Shown here piece after piece: positions 24,606 through 37,629 of a DNA stretch of 64,000 nucleotides. The notes beneath the pieces were generated by a model. That model ran no database searches. It was not told the DNA's origin and saw only the letters and a program-made list of their open reading frames with translations. The stretch is from Octopus vulgaris (lineage: Eukaryota). The stretch spans positions 78,492,001 to 78,556,000 of the forward strand of contig OX597814.1 of NCBI GenBank assembly GCA_951406725.2, read 5' to 3'. Numbering within the stretch: the first letter of the stretch is position 1; each line of letters begins with the position of its first letter. Position numbers and translations under genes: made by a program.

Positions 24606-24926
24606 ATATAATTAAGGGTTTAGCAACAAGTTGCTTCACCACATACTGAAAATTTAGAAATAGCAGCCAAAGACAGCTAATTCCTAATTTCTCAAAATAT
24701 TACGTTGATGACGGAAATGAATTGGTATAATTCTAATCTAGAAATGCATCCATAATTAATCGAAGACTGTTTGATTTCGTTATCCTTTATTCTTTTTGCC
24801 TATGTGGGTTATAAATATTAGCTGTGGAGTTATATCTGTAGTGAAAAGGAATTAGCTGTCTTTGGCTGCTATTTCTAAATTTTCGGTATGTGGTGAAGCA
24901 ACGTGTTGCTAAGCCCTTAATTATAT
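24606..24926. repeat. Inverted-repeat element (~79-bp arms) enclosing a hammerhead-like motif
   Basis: 24606-24684 is the reverse complement of 24848-24926 with few mismatches. Spacer contains TACG-tTGATGA..GAAA-TGCA-TC-CATA (24701-24754). Confidence 0.85.
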
Positions 24927-25029
24927 ATAATTATATACACACACACACTAATATAAACAATGCCAGAAGTTCTGAAACTTTTTTAGGAGAGGTAGTTATA
25001 ATTATCCTAGAGTATTGTAATTTTTGTAT

Positions 25030-25420
25030 ATCATTACTTTGCATCTAATAAGCTGACCTGCCAGTTTTTGTTATACTAGTTTGAAAGAGATGGCTGTAAC
25101 AGCATTTTGAACACAACCTATTAAACATACTTGTCACAACTGACTAGTCTGCAGAATGCAGTGTAAATGTGAAGACAACTTAGAAGCTCACTATGTAATA
25201 AAGTTTTATGTTAAACTGGGCAAAAATGCTACAAAAACTTATGGAATACCCTAGACTGCATATGAATTAACTTGTATGAGCTGAGCATCTGTTTATTTGC
25301 TGGCACAAGAGCCTAAGCAAAGCAAATCCACTGGAAGCTCATGACTATACCCTTTGATGGCAAGTGTATTGTGTACATTCACTGAGTTCCCTCTAGCCAG
25401 ATGATCAACAAAGAATACCA
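25030..25420 (+). mobile_element. mariner transposase N-terminal remnant
   Basis: MQCKCEDNLEAHYVIKFYVKLGKNATKTYGI*..ASV..WHK and LMTIPFDGKCIVYIH*VPSSQMINKEY match the mariner HTH region and the FFD..G.I..VP.GQT.N..YY region. Confidence 0.65.
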
Positions 25421-25439
25421 AAAAACCACCTTGAAGCAA

Positions 25440-25780
25440 GCTCTGCTTCTCCCATAGTCAACTTGGTGTCCTTCTGCCAACTAGTTTCTGTTATATCTAA
25501 TATGTCTAATATGTTAAAGGCTCTGTAGAGGGGCTGGCCTGCAAACCCTCTTTGATCCACTTCAATGGAATCATACCTTGCTTGCCACCCATTGTTTCAA
25601 CATAATTTCATCAATTCATCATATTTCACTTGTTTGCCTTCTCAGTATGACCTTACCAAAGAGTGGAGTTTTCTAATAAACCACCGAATTAGATGATTCC
25701 AAGATCATGTCTAACTTCAGTAATGTTGAGACAACAGTATTTGGGAACTTTACCAGATTGACTTTCAACTTTGGCAATAA
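25440..25780 (-). mobile_element. REL-endonuclease non-LTR retrotransposon remnant (HERO-like)
   Basis: Minus translation LKVNLVKFPNTVVSTLLKLDMIL.. and KYDELMKLC..GWQARYDSIEVDQRGFAGQPLYRAF, resembling the RPD..ELTVPWE..KY..PIEVGCRGF C-terminus. Confidence 0.5.
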
Positions 25781-26739
25781 TGGTCAAATCTACAGCAATT
25801 ACGACATTAATTTGAAATACTGATATCTCTTATAACATTGTGCATGGCTCAAACAATCCTCACTATAGGTCTGTTGTTATTTGAAACCAAATTTGACACA
25901 AACAAGTTGTCCTTCATAATCCTTCAACAAATCAGCTAATGAACTAAACATACATTCTCTCAAGCTATGATGTGGCGTAATGTGATTATTATTAGATAGA
26001 AAGTTAAGGTCACCATATACAGCACTATATTCATAAGCATGCTGTACAGCTAACTGGTTGGTGTGCTGTTTTAAAGGTCTGTTTTTACTTTCTTTTTGCT
26101 TTTGGACAGACCACTTATTAAATGTGGCATCAAATTACTTATTTTACATTATAATTTCCAAAAGAGCTACAGTCAAGTATTTTATATATTGCCTAATAAC
26201 ATTGATGAACAATGTAGCAGTGTGTAAAATAGAGGAAAAGAAATCTCACAACTGCAAGCTTTTTTTTTAACTCTTTAACTTGTTTCAGTTATTGATTGCA
26301 GCCATACTGGAGCATCACATAGTAGTTGGTAAGTCAAACGAATCAGCCCTGGTACTTGTTTTTTTAAAAGTTTAATATTTATTCTATTGATCTATTCTGC
26401 TGAACTGCTAAGTTATGGGGATGTAAACAAGTCAATACCCATTGACAAGTAGTGAGGAGACAAGCACACACATCAATACACACACCATGCATACATACAT
26501 ACACATATGCATGCATGCATAGATACATGCACATGTACATATGTACATGCATACATACATAAATACATACATACATGCATAAATACATAAATACATACAT
26601 ACATACATACATACATACATACATACATACATACATACATACATACATACATACATACATGTTGCTATATGATTGTGAAAAGAGAGAAAACTGTAAACCA
26701 GTGCAGCAACATCTCCATCATTTACTTAACTGTTTCCCT

Positions 26740-28060
26740 TAGATCTGATTAGGAATATTACAGGTATGTAGGGGTGGGTGAAAACATATATTACAATGGT
26801 ACCTGTAGCAAAACACATGTCACTAAAAAATATTACAGCTGAATAAAGAAACTTTGTACCTCAGAACTCTCTGCATTCAATAAAACAGTGGCCCACAATG
26901 TTTTTGCAGTGCCAGTACTGATACTAACATTTGGGCTGCTTGATTAGGTACTTAATAAAATCTGATGTGAAAACCTGGAAGATACTAACAAGTGCACATA
27001 ATTTCCACATCAACAGTGACATAGACTGCCTCTGCCTAAGATGAAAACAAGGAGGCAGAGGCTTAACATTGATCCAAGCTACCTTTAAATGTCATATCAT
27101 ATGCCTTCAGCAACATGTTTTAACCACCAAGTGTTGGAGTGCATCCCTTGATCAAGTTTGCATACATGAGACTAATAACATCATAAGACTTGGAAGGCAA
27201 CCTTAAATACATGCCCAAAGAAATCACACAACTCTACCGTAACACACCATCAGATGAAAGGATGTGCGTATACGAGCAGAAGATCATGCATGGATTTATT
27301 AGTAGAAAACTCTAAGATGATTGTAACATTGAACATTAAAGCAGGCTTTCATGGACCATCAACCAGATTACAACCTCCCACTTTGAAGGGTATGTGTTAG
27401 CAATCCGGGAACAGGAAATATCAACTAAGTACCTGATGCACAAATGGGACAGCTACAGGAAAAGCAGTAAAAGGAGACAATTGATGCAGACTTTGTGGAG
27501 TTAACACTGAAGATATCACCCACATCATAAGCAGTTGCCTGAGAATGTAATCATGGTATTATCTACTGATGAGACAAGATGTTGTAGCTAGGACACTATA
27601 TAATGAAATCCATTAGAAGGATAACCCCGATGACAAAGAAATAAGAATCCACTGCATGGTTATAGCCACTCATAATAAAAAGAAGTACTGGTGGAATGTC
27701 CCAGTGAAAACCTCCATAAAATGTAAACACAATAGACCTGATATAATGATTATGGATAGAGAAGAGAAATTGTGTACAGTTGTGGAAATCAGCTGTCCAG
27801 TGGATGTTAACATAGAGCTGAAGATCAGTGAAAAGGGGAACACCTATACTGAACTATTGAGAAATTTGAAGATACTCTATCCAGATCACAAGTTCAGGTT
27901 TATACCTGCAATTATTGGGGCACTGGGATATGTGATACACTGCCTAAATACCAATCTTGAGAAATTAGGCTTCTCAAAACCAGAAAGGAGAAAGCTGATT
28001 TGAAGACTACAGATCCAAGCCATTGCTGGAACTGTAAAACTCTCCAGAAGCTTACCATTT
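26740..28060 (+). mobile_element. R4/Dong-like non-LTR retrotransposon 3' remnant (RT C-terminus, CCHC finger, restriction-like endonuclease)
   Basis: HINSDIDCLCLR*KQGGRGL; CRLCGVNTEDITHIISSC; ORF 27656-28003 WWNVPVKT..HNRPDIMIMDREEKLCTVVEISCP..KFRFIPAIIGALG. Confidence 0.8.
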
Positions 28061-28542
28061 AAATATGTATGAGCATGTCTAGACATGCAAGTATATGCAT
28101 GAGAATACACACATAAAAACAAAACATACAAATCTACCCGTATACATACATGCAAAAATATCCTGTTGGTGTTTTTGAAATTTCAAAGCAGGAACCTTAG
28201 ATCTAGGTTAAAAACTGACTCTTTCTCTATTGACAAAAATTCTTGAAATAAAACTGAATAATGATGTACATAAATGCATATATGACAGGCTTCTTACAGT
28301 TTCCATCAACTAGATTCACTCATAAGGTATTGGCTGGTATGAGACTATAGTAGAGGACACTTGCCCAAGGTGCTGCATAGTGGGATTGAACCCAGAACCA
28401 CATGGTTGCTTAGCAAATCTCTAAACCACACAGCCATGCCTGCCTCTATGGTGGTGTAGCAGTGATCTGAAACCAGACTGCTAGGTAACTGGTCATGCAT
28501 CATGATCAAACCACAATAGTTTCACATGATTGATCTATTAAA

Positions 28543-28761
28543 CCCTTGGCATTCAAATTTTTCTGTCAAATGTAATGCTTATTTATTCATATTGTTTTGA
28601 ATTAATCATACATTATCTTGTAGCAGTGAGATTTTACTGATGTGATTGTTTATTCTTAGAATGACATAGTAGGGTAGGTAGGAGAGGCTGGATCTGGCCA
28701 GTTTGAATGTAAAACAGGTAGAATATTTGGGCCGGATGTGGCCAGTTTAAATGCTAAAGGG
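28543..28761. mobile_element. piggyBac-type MITE
   Basis: CCCTTGGCATTCAAA ... TTTAAATGCTAAAGGG|TTAA terminal inverted repeats. Confidence 0.6.
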
Positions 28762-29823
28762 TTAAGCAACCAATCAGCATCAAATCATCACCTCATTGAA
28801 TCTTCTCCTTCCAGAATCTTTTCCTTGTGCTCTATAAAAAGGTGCCTTTTAGCAGTAATTGCAGAATGTTAAAACAGCTGTGTTATGTCTCCATTCTCAC
28901 CACAGACAGCCAGTTAAGACAAATGACCCATTGTCGACAAGAATTTTTGTTGCCACAAATACACTACAATTGTTTCCAGTTATGATGTCTCTCCAAGTAT
29001 GTACTTATAGCTGTTATTGTTTTTAAAAAAAAACACAGTTAAACTCTATGTTATATAGTCTTCTGTTAATTGTTCATGGCTATTGTCAGTTTCTTCTTCC
29101 CACGGTCTGAAAAATACATTTTCCTTCAACAACTCAACTAGTCATCACCTCAAACCAGTCAACAACACTCTACAACTCACAACAACAATATTGTTTAACC
29201 AGGGATTGTTTCATTTGCTTGGAGTGTTGGTGTTCAACTCTTCCTCTTTGTATTGTTTGGCAAAAGATAGGATTCTGTAACTGATTTGCATTGCACTTAT
29301 ATAGTCTTCAGTGCTAATGCTGTAACCCAAAGAATTACAAAACTTTCGCCACCATTACCAATACAATTGAAGTAATTAACAAATAAAGTCTTACATCATA
29401 AAGGCGGCAAGCTGGCAGAATCATTGGCATGTCAGAAAAAATACTTAGCGGCATTTCGTCTATCTCTAAATTCTACTGAGGTCAACTTTGCCTTTCATCC
29501 TTTTGGGGTTGATTAAATAAGTACCAGTTACGCACTGAGTTCAATATAATCGACTTAATACCTATGTCTGTCCTTGTTTGTCCCCTCTGTGTGTAGCCCC
29601 TTGTGGAATTAATTAGACTCCAAAACAATTTATAGAATGTCTATTGGTTCTGTACCAACTTGGATTATGAATTAAAGTTCATCTACACTTAGAATTTTTC
29701 CTTTACTTCATTTACTGTTTTTGCAAATATTGGATTTATATTTTTATACATATTATTTACTTGGACTGTACCGGTGGACTTGGCAGTTTAACATCCCTTT
29801 GAAGGATTTTGGTCCACACCTCT

Positions 29824-29980
29824 TATATATATATATATATATTATATGTGTACATATATATATATATACGTATATGTATATATATACATGTATATGTATA
29901 GATGTATATGCTCATATGTATATATATGTGTATATATATATATGTAAATGTATATATATACATACATATATAAGTATATA

Positions 29981-30021
<41 letters not shown>

Positions 30022-30044
30022 TTATATATATATATATGTAAGTT

Positions 30045-30076
<32 letters not shown>

Positions 30077-30109
30077 TACATACATACATGCATACATACA
30101 TAAATACAT

Positions 30110-30206
<97 letters not shown>

Positions 30207-30215
30207 CACATATAT
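29824..30215. repeat. (TA)n/(TATG)n/(CA)n compound microsatellite; similar tracts at 23780-24060, 26480-26660, 30510-30699, 31896-32180 and 63878-64000
   Basis: Direct reading. These tracts generate the spurious YIYI/MYVC ORFs. Confidence 0.95.
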
Positions 30216-30295
30216 ATTAGAAGGTTTGGAGATGATGTACACGTATTATAAATTAGAAGAAATGAGGTACTCAGAAATCAGGATGGTTTTATATT

Positions 30296-30501
30296 TACAG
30301 ATATCAATTAGTAGGTTACATATTTTTATAAATCATATATCATATATTAGCGCTTTCATCTACTCTAGTGGAGTTGTCAAATTGAACTTTTGCAGATATT
30401 CTTGCAAAAGTTCAATTTGACAACTTCACTAGAGTGGATGGAAGTGCTAATATATGATATATGATTTATAAAAACATGTAACCTACTAATAAATATCTGT
30501 A
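30296..30501. repeat. Near-perfect ~200-bp hairpin (~99-bp arms, 8-nt loop)
   Basis: tacagatat..gttgtcaaattgaacttttgca-GATATTCT-tgcaaaagttcaatttgacaac..atatctgta. Confidence 0.9.
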
Positions 30502-30636
30502 CACACACACATATATGTATATATATATATACATATATATATACATACAGATATATATGTATATGTACATATATGTATACATATATTGTGTATATATATG
30601 TATATACACATATATATGTATATATAAATATGTATA

Positions 30637-30673
<37 letters not shown>

Positions 30674-30699
30674 CTTGTATATATAAATATTTATATATA

Positions 30700-31895
30700 T
30701 GTAACAGGATCTGGAATCGGTATCACTGAAGGGGTGTCCGATCTGATCCTGTCACATTCAATTTAGTTAAATATAACAGACGAGTCAGGTTATCTGGGAA
30801 AGACAGCAAATGTTGTTTATTACTCGTGATGGTGTACGTATTTCTGAGGGGAAACGACAGCCGAATCTTTGTACTGCTTCCTGTTGGTTGATTGAAGTGA
30901 TTCGATGTGGTCCGTTGCTAAGCCGGTGTAGAGTTCTCAGAGACTACCAAATGCACGTCTGTTCACGAGGGCTGAAAGTGCCAGAGAGAGTGAGTGAGTG
31001 GACTGTGCCTTAGGGGTCAGTTTCCTGCACATGCGCATGGGGAAGACTTCCGGTGGCCACCCGGAAATAGTCCCATTCTGCGCATGCACACTGAACCTTA
31101 CACAGTAGCATCACTGGTGCTGCAGAAAAACAGATGGCTTGCCGATCCCCACAGAAGATTTGGTACACAATGTCATACAAAAAACAAGAAATTTGAAAGA
31201 AAGTTAAATATAAATTGTCTTTGAGAGTTTCTTGGGCCAATGCACTGTTCTGCCCGATCTTGTAACATACGGTGTGCTCGGGGCACCCGTTGACGGGAGC
31301 CGGTGAAGGCAAAGGTGTCTGTGCAGGTGAGGGTGTTTGTGCAGGTGAAGGTGTTGTTAAAGGTGCATAGGTGGGTGTGGCAAGGTTGTCATCAAATGAT
31401 GAAGACATCTCAAAGTATGCTTTCTTCAGTCGGTTCACGGAAACGGTCTTAGAATGACCATTTATTTCAATGGTGAAAACCTTAGGTGTGCGAGAAAGCA
31501 CACGGAAAGGTCCTTTATAGGGAGAAACAAGTGGTCCCTTGACAGAGTCATCCCGAACAAAAACATGCGACCAAGTGTCCATATCCGGTGGGAGATGGGA
31601 TGGTGGAGATTGTTTCCTGGGAACCATGGGTGGAAGATTCGAAAAATATGAACGCAGTCTGGCGACATAGGTCGCCGGATCATGGGGCTGGTTGCTAAGC
31701 TGGTGTAGAGTTCTCAGAGACTACCAAATGCACGTCTATTCACGAGGGCTGAAAGTGTCAGAGAGAGTGAGTGAGTGGACTGTGCCTTAGGGGTCAGTTT
31801 CCCGCACATGCGCATGGGGAAGACTTCCGGTGGCCACCCGGAAGTAGTCCTATTCTGCGCATGCGCGCTGAACCTTACACAGTAGCATCACTACA
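30700..31895 (-). mobile_element. Internally deleted Ty3/gypsy LTR retrotransposon (3' LTR, integrase C-terminus, partial 5' LTR)
   Basis: TG...CA termini (tgtaaca at 30700, actaca ending 31895). Direct repeat 30914-31115 = 31691-31892. Minus ORF 31010-31627 HVFVRDDSVKGPLVSPYKGPFRVLSR..TVSVNRLKKAY is the GPY/F module of gypsy integrase. Confidence 0.9.
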
Positions 31896-31943
31896 TATAT
31901 ATATATATATACATATAAATATATATATACTTGTATATATAAA

Positions 31944-31978
<35 letters not shown>

Positions 31979-31991
31979 TTGTATATATAAA

Positions 31992-32160
<169 letters not shown>

Positions 32161-33149
32161 GTATATATGTGTGTGTGTGTGTTTGTACCCCCCCCCCACC
32201 GTCGCTTGACAACCGATATTGCTATGTTTATGCCCCCGTATCTTAACTATTTAGAAAGCAAAGCAATAGAATAAGTACTAGGCTTACAAAGAATATATCC
32301 TTGGGTCGATTTCTTCAACTAAAAGTGGTGTTTCAGCATGCTTGCAGTCACATGACCAAAACAAGTAAAACAGAAAAAAACTATGCCTCTTTAATCCGAG
32401 CAACGCTGTGTATCTGTGCTAGTTTCTTTATAATCGTAATCTATGCCAATTGAAAGGTATGTCTATAAAATTTCAATAATATTTATCCATTTTCCTGAAA
32501 GTTATGAAGGAAAATTGGATCGTGTGAACTTTCCGAAAGTCCTCTCCTCACTCACCGTTCGTTTGCGCAATTTTTTGGGATCGTTTCCTTTTGAACGGCA
32601 CATGTCAACACAATTTCTAGTTGACTGAACACTTTAAAACTTCGTATACTGGTAGAATGTGTCAAAATAAAACATTTTTTTCTCTTGGCTTTCTTGAGAA
32701 AATTGTAATTTGTTTGTTTAACGTAGTTTAATTTTTCGAATTTTAACCAATGAATCGCCTCTAATTGAGCTAAAATCATTTGCTGCGTCTAAAACTGAGA
32801 CAACATCCTGTCACTAACCCTAACCATTATTGTTAAAAGAGCAACATCTGACTCTTCAGGGAGACGGGATGTTGAAGAAATCAAGTTTCCTAGAACGTTT
32901 CAAAAACCACAGGTTGAAAATATTATAAATATAATTAAAGAGTAACAAACAAATGTATTAACCTCGAGCACAAGGACAAAATATGACTGCAATGGGTCCC
33001 TTTCCAGTTATCACTGGACGCTCTAACAGAAATGTTCATAAGATTTATCTCCCGTGAAACTTTGAGAGTTACCTCCCTTCTTCTCCTCGGGCTGTAATTA
33101 ATCGTGTTTTCCTTGTTGTGGCACTCGCAGGTCAAACAGTCACATTACG

Positions 33150-33250
33150 TAATATCAAAAACACGACCACTACATCTCTAAAGCACAACCAGTAGTGACA
33201 ACTAGACTTTTCAAGGGAAATTTATTCACGTTTACTAAGGAAATCAAAAT
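33150..33250 (+). other. Probable non-coding first exon of the SDR gene (start approximate)
   Basis: Strong donor AAAT|GTAAGT at 33250/33251 in unique, CpG-retaining DNA. The SDR ATG (41217) sits directly after an acceptor, so an upstream exon is required. In-frame TAA at 33236-33238 makes this exon untranslated. Confidence 0.5.
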
Positions 33251-34212
33251 GTAAGTTGTCTATTATTTTGTTCACTGATTTCTTACTTAATTTCTTTTCA
33301 ACTGTACGAGTCGTCTCCTTGTTTTATTTATAAGAGCTGGCGGATCGTTAGCTCACCGGGCGAAATACTTTGCAGCATTTCGTCTGCCGCTGAGTTCAAG
33401 TTCCGCCTTGGTTGACTTTGACTTTCATCCTTTCGGGGTCGATAAAATAAGTACCAGTTGAACACTGGGTCGATGTAATCGATTCATCTGCTCTCAAAAC
33501 GGTTGCTCTTGTGGCAAAATTTGTAACCATTATTATAAACACCTGTCGAACTTGTCATGTTGCAGAATTCTAAAATATTTTAGTTGTTATTCTAATGAGT
33601 TTTTTTTACTGTTATATTGGATTTATTCATCAATATTTTACAAATGAAATTTTCATTACTTCATGAAAAAATTGTAAGATGAAATACCAAAAATTTGATT
33701 TGACACAGTTGTAGTAACCTGTGGTGCAAAATACGTACGAACGTTCAAATCTATTTTTAACCTGTAATCAACCTAATTTAATAACGTCAGCGAGGGAGTA
33801 AATAAATAGTAACAAAAGATTTAGTTGCATCAAACAGCAGCAAACCCTAAAATGTTAACGTCATTTCTTATAAATTTTCATAATAATTTGGTGCAACTTT
33901 CTGAGGTACTTACTCTTTTTAGAAACACTGGCATTCTATGTCATGTGCACTTTAACGTTTGTTGTTTATAAAAGATTTGCGTGCTTCTGTTGTTACATCA
34001 CAAGTCAAAATAAGACTGACCGAATCTTTTCTCTTTTAATTGTTTCAGTCATTTGACTGCAGCCATGGTGGGGCACCACCTCGAAGGATTTAGTCGAATA
34101 AATCGACTTTTCTAAGCTTGGTACTTATTCTATCGGTTGTTTTTGCCGAACCGCTAATTTACAGCCACATAAACAAAACAACACCGGTTTTGAAGCGGTG
34201 ATTACACACACA

Positions 34213-34247
<35 letters not shown>

Positions 34248-34730
34248 TATATCTTATCTTTTGTTTACACTATGGCCATGCTGAGACACTGCCTTGAAGG
34301 ATTTGGGGGTGGAATGAATTGATCGCGGTACTTTTTTTTTAAGCCTGGTATATATTCTATCGGTCTGTTTGCTGAACCGCTATGTTATAGGCGCTTAAAC
34401 ATACCAACACAGGTTGTCAAGCGGTGATGGGGGACAAACACAGACACAAAGATACATAAATAGGTATACATACTACGGGCCTCTTTCAGTTTCTGTCCAC
34501 TAAATCGAACTCACAAGGCTTTGGTCGGCCCAAGGCTGTAGTAGAAGACTTTTGGGCGGAGGTAAAGAATACATACACCATCCGTTTTCGGCATAACAAA
34601 AACTCTAACCCTAACCACTGGATGTACGTATTCTTTACTTTAGCTGACTCTTGTCCAAGGGGCCATGTAGTGAAACTGAAGCTGGAACGACGTGATTAGT
34701 GCTTGTACCTCCTAACAGATAAATACTGGG

Positions 34731-34761
<31 letters not shown>

Positions 34762-35193
34762 GTATTTTCTATCTGAATTAAATGTCTTTTGTGAGTGATG
34801 CCAAACGTTTTGCTTTTTTATTTTTACTTTAATCTATATCTACCTGTTCAAGGAAAAACCTCCGATATTCAGTCTCAACGCTACACTTTTCAGCTGTAAT
34901 TCAAGCCAGAGTTTTAAAAGCAAACTTCAAGTTAGTTGACAAAAACTTACACACACACACACATATATATGTAGAAGGTAGAAAAGTAACACACGAGTTG
35001 ATATGTATAAGGAAAATAAGACAAGGTAGAAAATACTGAAATAATTTTATCATGAAGTGCATTTTAGTACTAGTTTCCATCTTTTTAGACTTTTTCAACT
35101 AAGAGTAAAATAAGAAAAGCAATTGAATTGGAGAGAAAAATTAAGTGAAATGTTTTGTAGATATTCATATATATATATAAATACACACACACA

Positions 35194-36243
35194 CTAGCAA
35201 TGCATCCCGGTGTTGCCCAGTTGTTATGAACTACAGCCACATTGTATTATTTGTTCCTTTCTTATGGGCAGAATCAGCAAAGCTGATATATAGTGAACTG
35301 GATTACTGGCATAAAGGAAGTTATTGTTTGTTTAAAAGTGAAGTGGAGGAGGGTATAATTTGTATGGGCTTGCATTAAATCACTTTCTGTTCTTAAGGAT
35401 CACAGACTATGTATTGTTTCATTGTGTAAAAGACGGGTCAATACAATTTTGCCCAGAAATCACGTTTTCAGAATTTTATTTTCCCCTGTCCCCACTGCAA
35501 TTTCTTAATTTGTAACATCTTTCTGAATTTTTTTTTTTAATCCACGTAGAAAAATACAAAGATTACGAATCTGGGAAATAAATATTTTTTTAAAGTTTAA
35601 TTTTTCTTAAAGAAACACTCAATGCCCCTTCCTCCACCTTACCCACCCATCACCTACCTGCTTTTAAAAAGCTAAAACCTCCCAATGTTTCACTTTCATC
35701 CAATGTTTCATGCATGTGTAGAATTGTAGTGAAATAGCAGACATAAAAAATACCAGACCACCACCAGAAAACCTGATGTGCTAGAAACAACAGGTAAATG
35801 ACATTATTTCTGAAGAATCTTCCCTGCTTTCCAAAAAGCTAAAAGTGAAACATTGGGAGTTTTTAGCTTTTTGAAAGTGGTGAGGTGATGGGTGGATGTT
35901 TGGGAAGGAGATTTTAGTGTTTCTTTAAGAAATAAGGAAGAAGTAAATTCTTAAAGATTTGTACTCTCAGTTTTTTCTCCATGGATTACTAAAGGATTTT
36001 GGGGAAAATTTCCTTTTAAGTTTATATTGAAGATCAGGTTTTTAAATATGCTCATCACAAGCATGAATTACAGAATAGAAAATGGTCATTTCAATTGGAT
36101 TGGAGCTGTAATTTTGTGCATGCACACAGCAAGAAATAGCATAATTCATACAGAAGTTTTACCTAGTGTGTGTGTGCCAAAGGAAGCTATTTTATGGCAT
36201 TCTTTCATTCGAAGCAGCAACGTTGTCCTCTTTATCATATAGC
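35194..36243 (-). mobile_element. Decayed Helitron-like element with internal inverted repeat (35603-35697 / 35842-35932)
   Basis: a|CTAGcaatgcatCCCGGtgttgCCCAG resembles the family 3' hairpin plus CTAG end. The other boundary is uncertain. The internal inverted repeat is read directly. Confidence 0.4.
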
Positions 36244-37192
36244 CAATCATATGGGATCATATGATTGTTTGTTAATTTCCATAATTTTTTTTTAATTTCC
36301 CTATGCTTTGAAGAGAGCAGAAATTGAAAGAGAGGAGAAAGTGAAAAGGCAACATTTGCTTTGAAGTGAGAGCAGAAAGTGAAAGATGCATGTACGTGTA
36401 TATGAAATGGATGTGTGTGTGTGTGTGTGCATGTGCATGAGAGAGAGAGTGAGTGAAGGTGTGTGTTGTCATGTATGCATTATTTTGCATATATGTGTAA
36501 GTGGCACTCACTCGTTTCCTCTCTCTCTCTTTTTCTCTCTCATGAACACACATTATCTTTCATATACATGTACATAAATATGTATGCATACATCCCTTTT
36601 GTATGTGTGTATATGTGCATGTGAGAAAGAGTGAGTGATTGTATTTCCTCATAACATATAGAGAAATGGATGTTTTTCAATGAAATTTTTTGGGTTGTGG
36701 CTTATTTTACCACAATACTTATGTGTACATTTTTATAAATGTTTGAGTAGAATTCTATGCATCGGATGAAAGTGAAGCAAATTGAAATATTGTCCGAAAA
36801 TGACCTCAAAATTGTGTGACCCAATCTTGTTTCCAAGGTTATTTTAGTAGTGATAAAGAGTTGTTGTGCCGAAAACAGTTTGTTTTGTAGCCGAAAGATT
36901 ACTGAATCTTTTGATTCTTCATACATCAAAATCTGCCACTCAGTTTTCAAATCCATAAGGAACATATATAAACACACACAAACTCTTTTATATATATATA
37001 TATATATATTATATTATATTATATTATATTATATTATATGTAAACACATCATGTGGGTTCTTTCATTTTCTGTCTACTAAATCTACTCACAAGGCTTTTG
37101 TCAATCTTGGGTTATAGTAGAAGATACTTGCCCAAGGTAGTATGTAGTGCAACTGAACCCGGAACCATGTGGCTGAGAAGTAAACTTCTTAC

Positions 37193-37249
<57 letters not shown>

Positions 37250-37421
37250 AATCTGAATATAACAAAAAGTGCCTTATTCAGTTGTTAAAACAAAGTGAAA
37301 TTTTCAACAATGAAATCATAGTCAAATCCACAACAATGAACAAAAACAATCACTCTGAACCCCATTACAAGTTCCCATCTTGCACAGAAATTGCAGACAC
37401 ACACCACACCACGCACGCACA

Positions 37422-37465
<44 letters not shown>

Positions 37466-37629
37466 CCACGCACGCACGCAATCTGAATATAACAAAAAGC
37501 GCCTTATTCAGTTGTTAAAACAAAGTGAAATTTTCAACAATGAAATCATAGTCAAATCCACAACAATGAACAAAAACAATCACTCTGAACCCCATTACAA
37601 GTTCCCATCTTGCCCAGAAATTGCAGACA
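37193..37629. repeat. Tandem duplication of a 149-bp unique segment, each copy led by a (GCAC)n tract
   Basis: 37251-37399 vs 37481-37629, 2 mismatches seen. Confidence 0.9.

Noticed and set aside
32935-33135. Divergent minus-strand exon from the SDR promoter (possible donor GAG|GTAACT near 33072)
   Set aside because: Weak donor, non-ATG ORF and no partner exon found; unsupported without RNA data.
32813-34645. TAACCCTAACC telomere-like motifs (~32815 and ~34605)
   Set aside because: Only about two units each, inside small inverted-repeat elements; not telomeric arrays.
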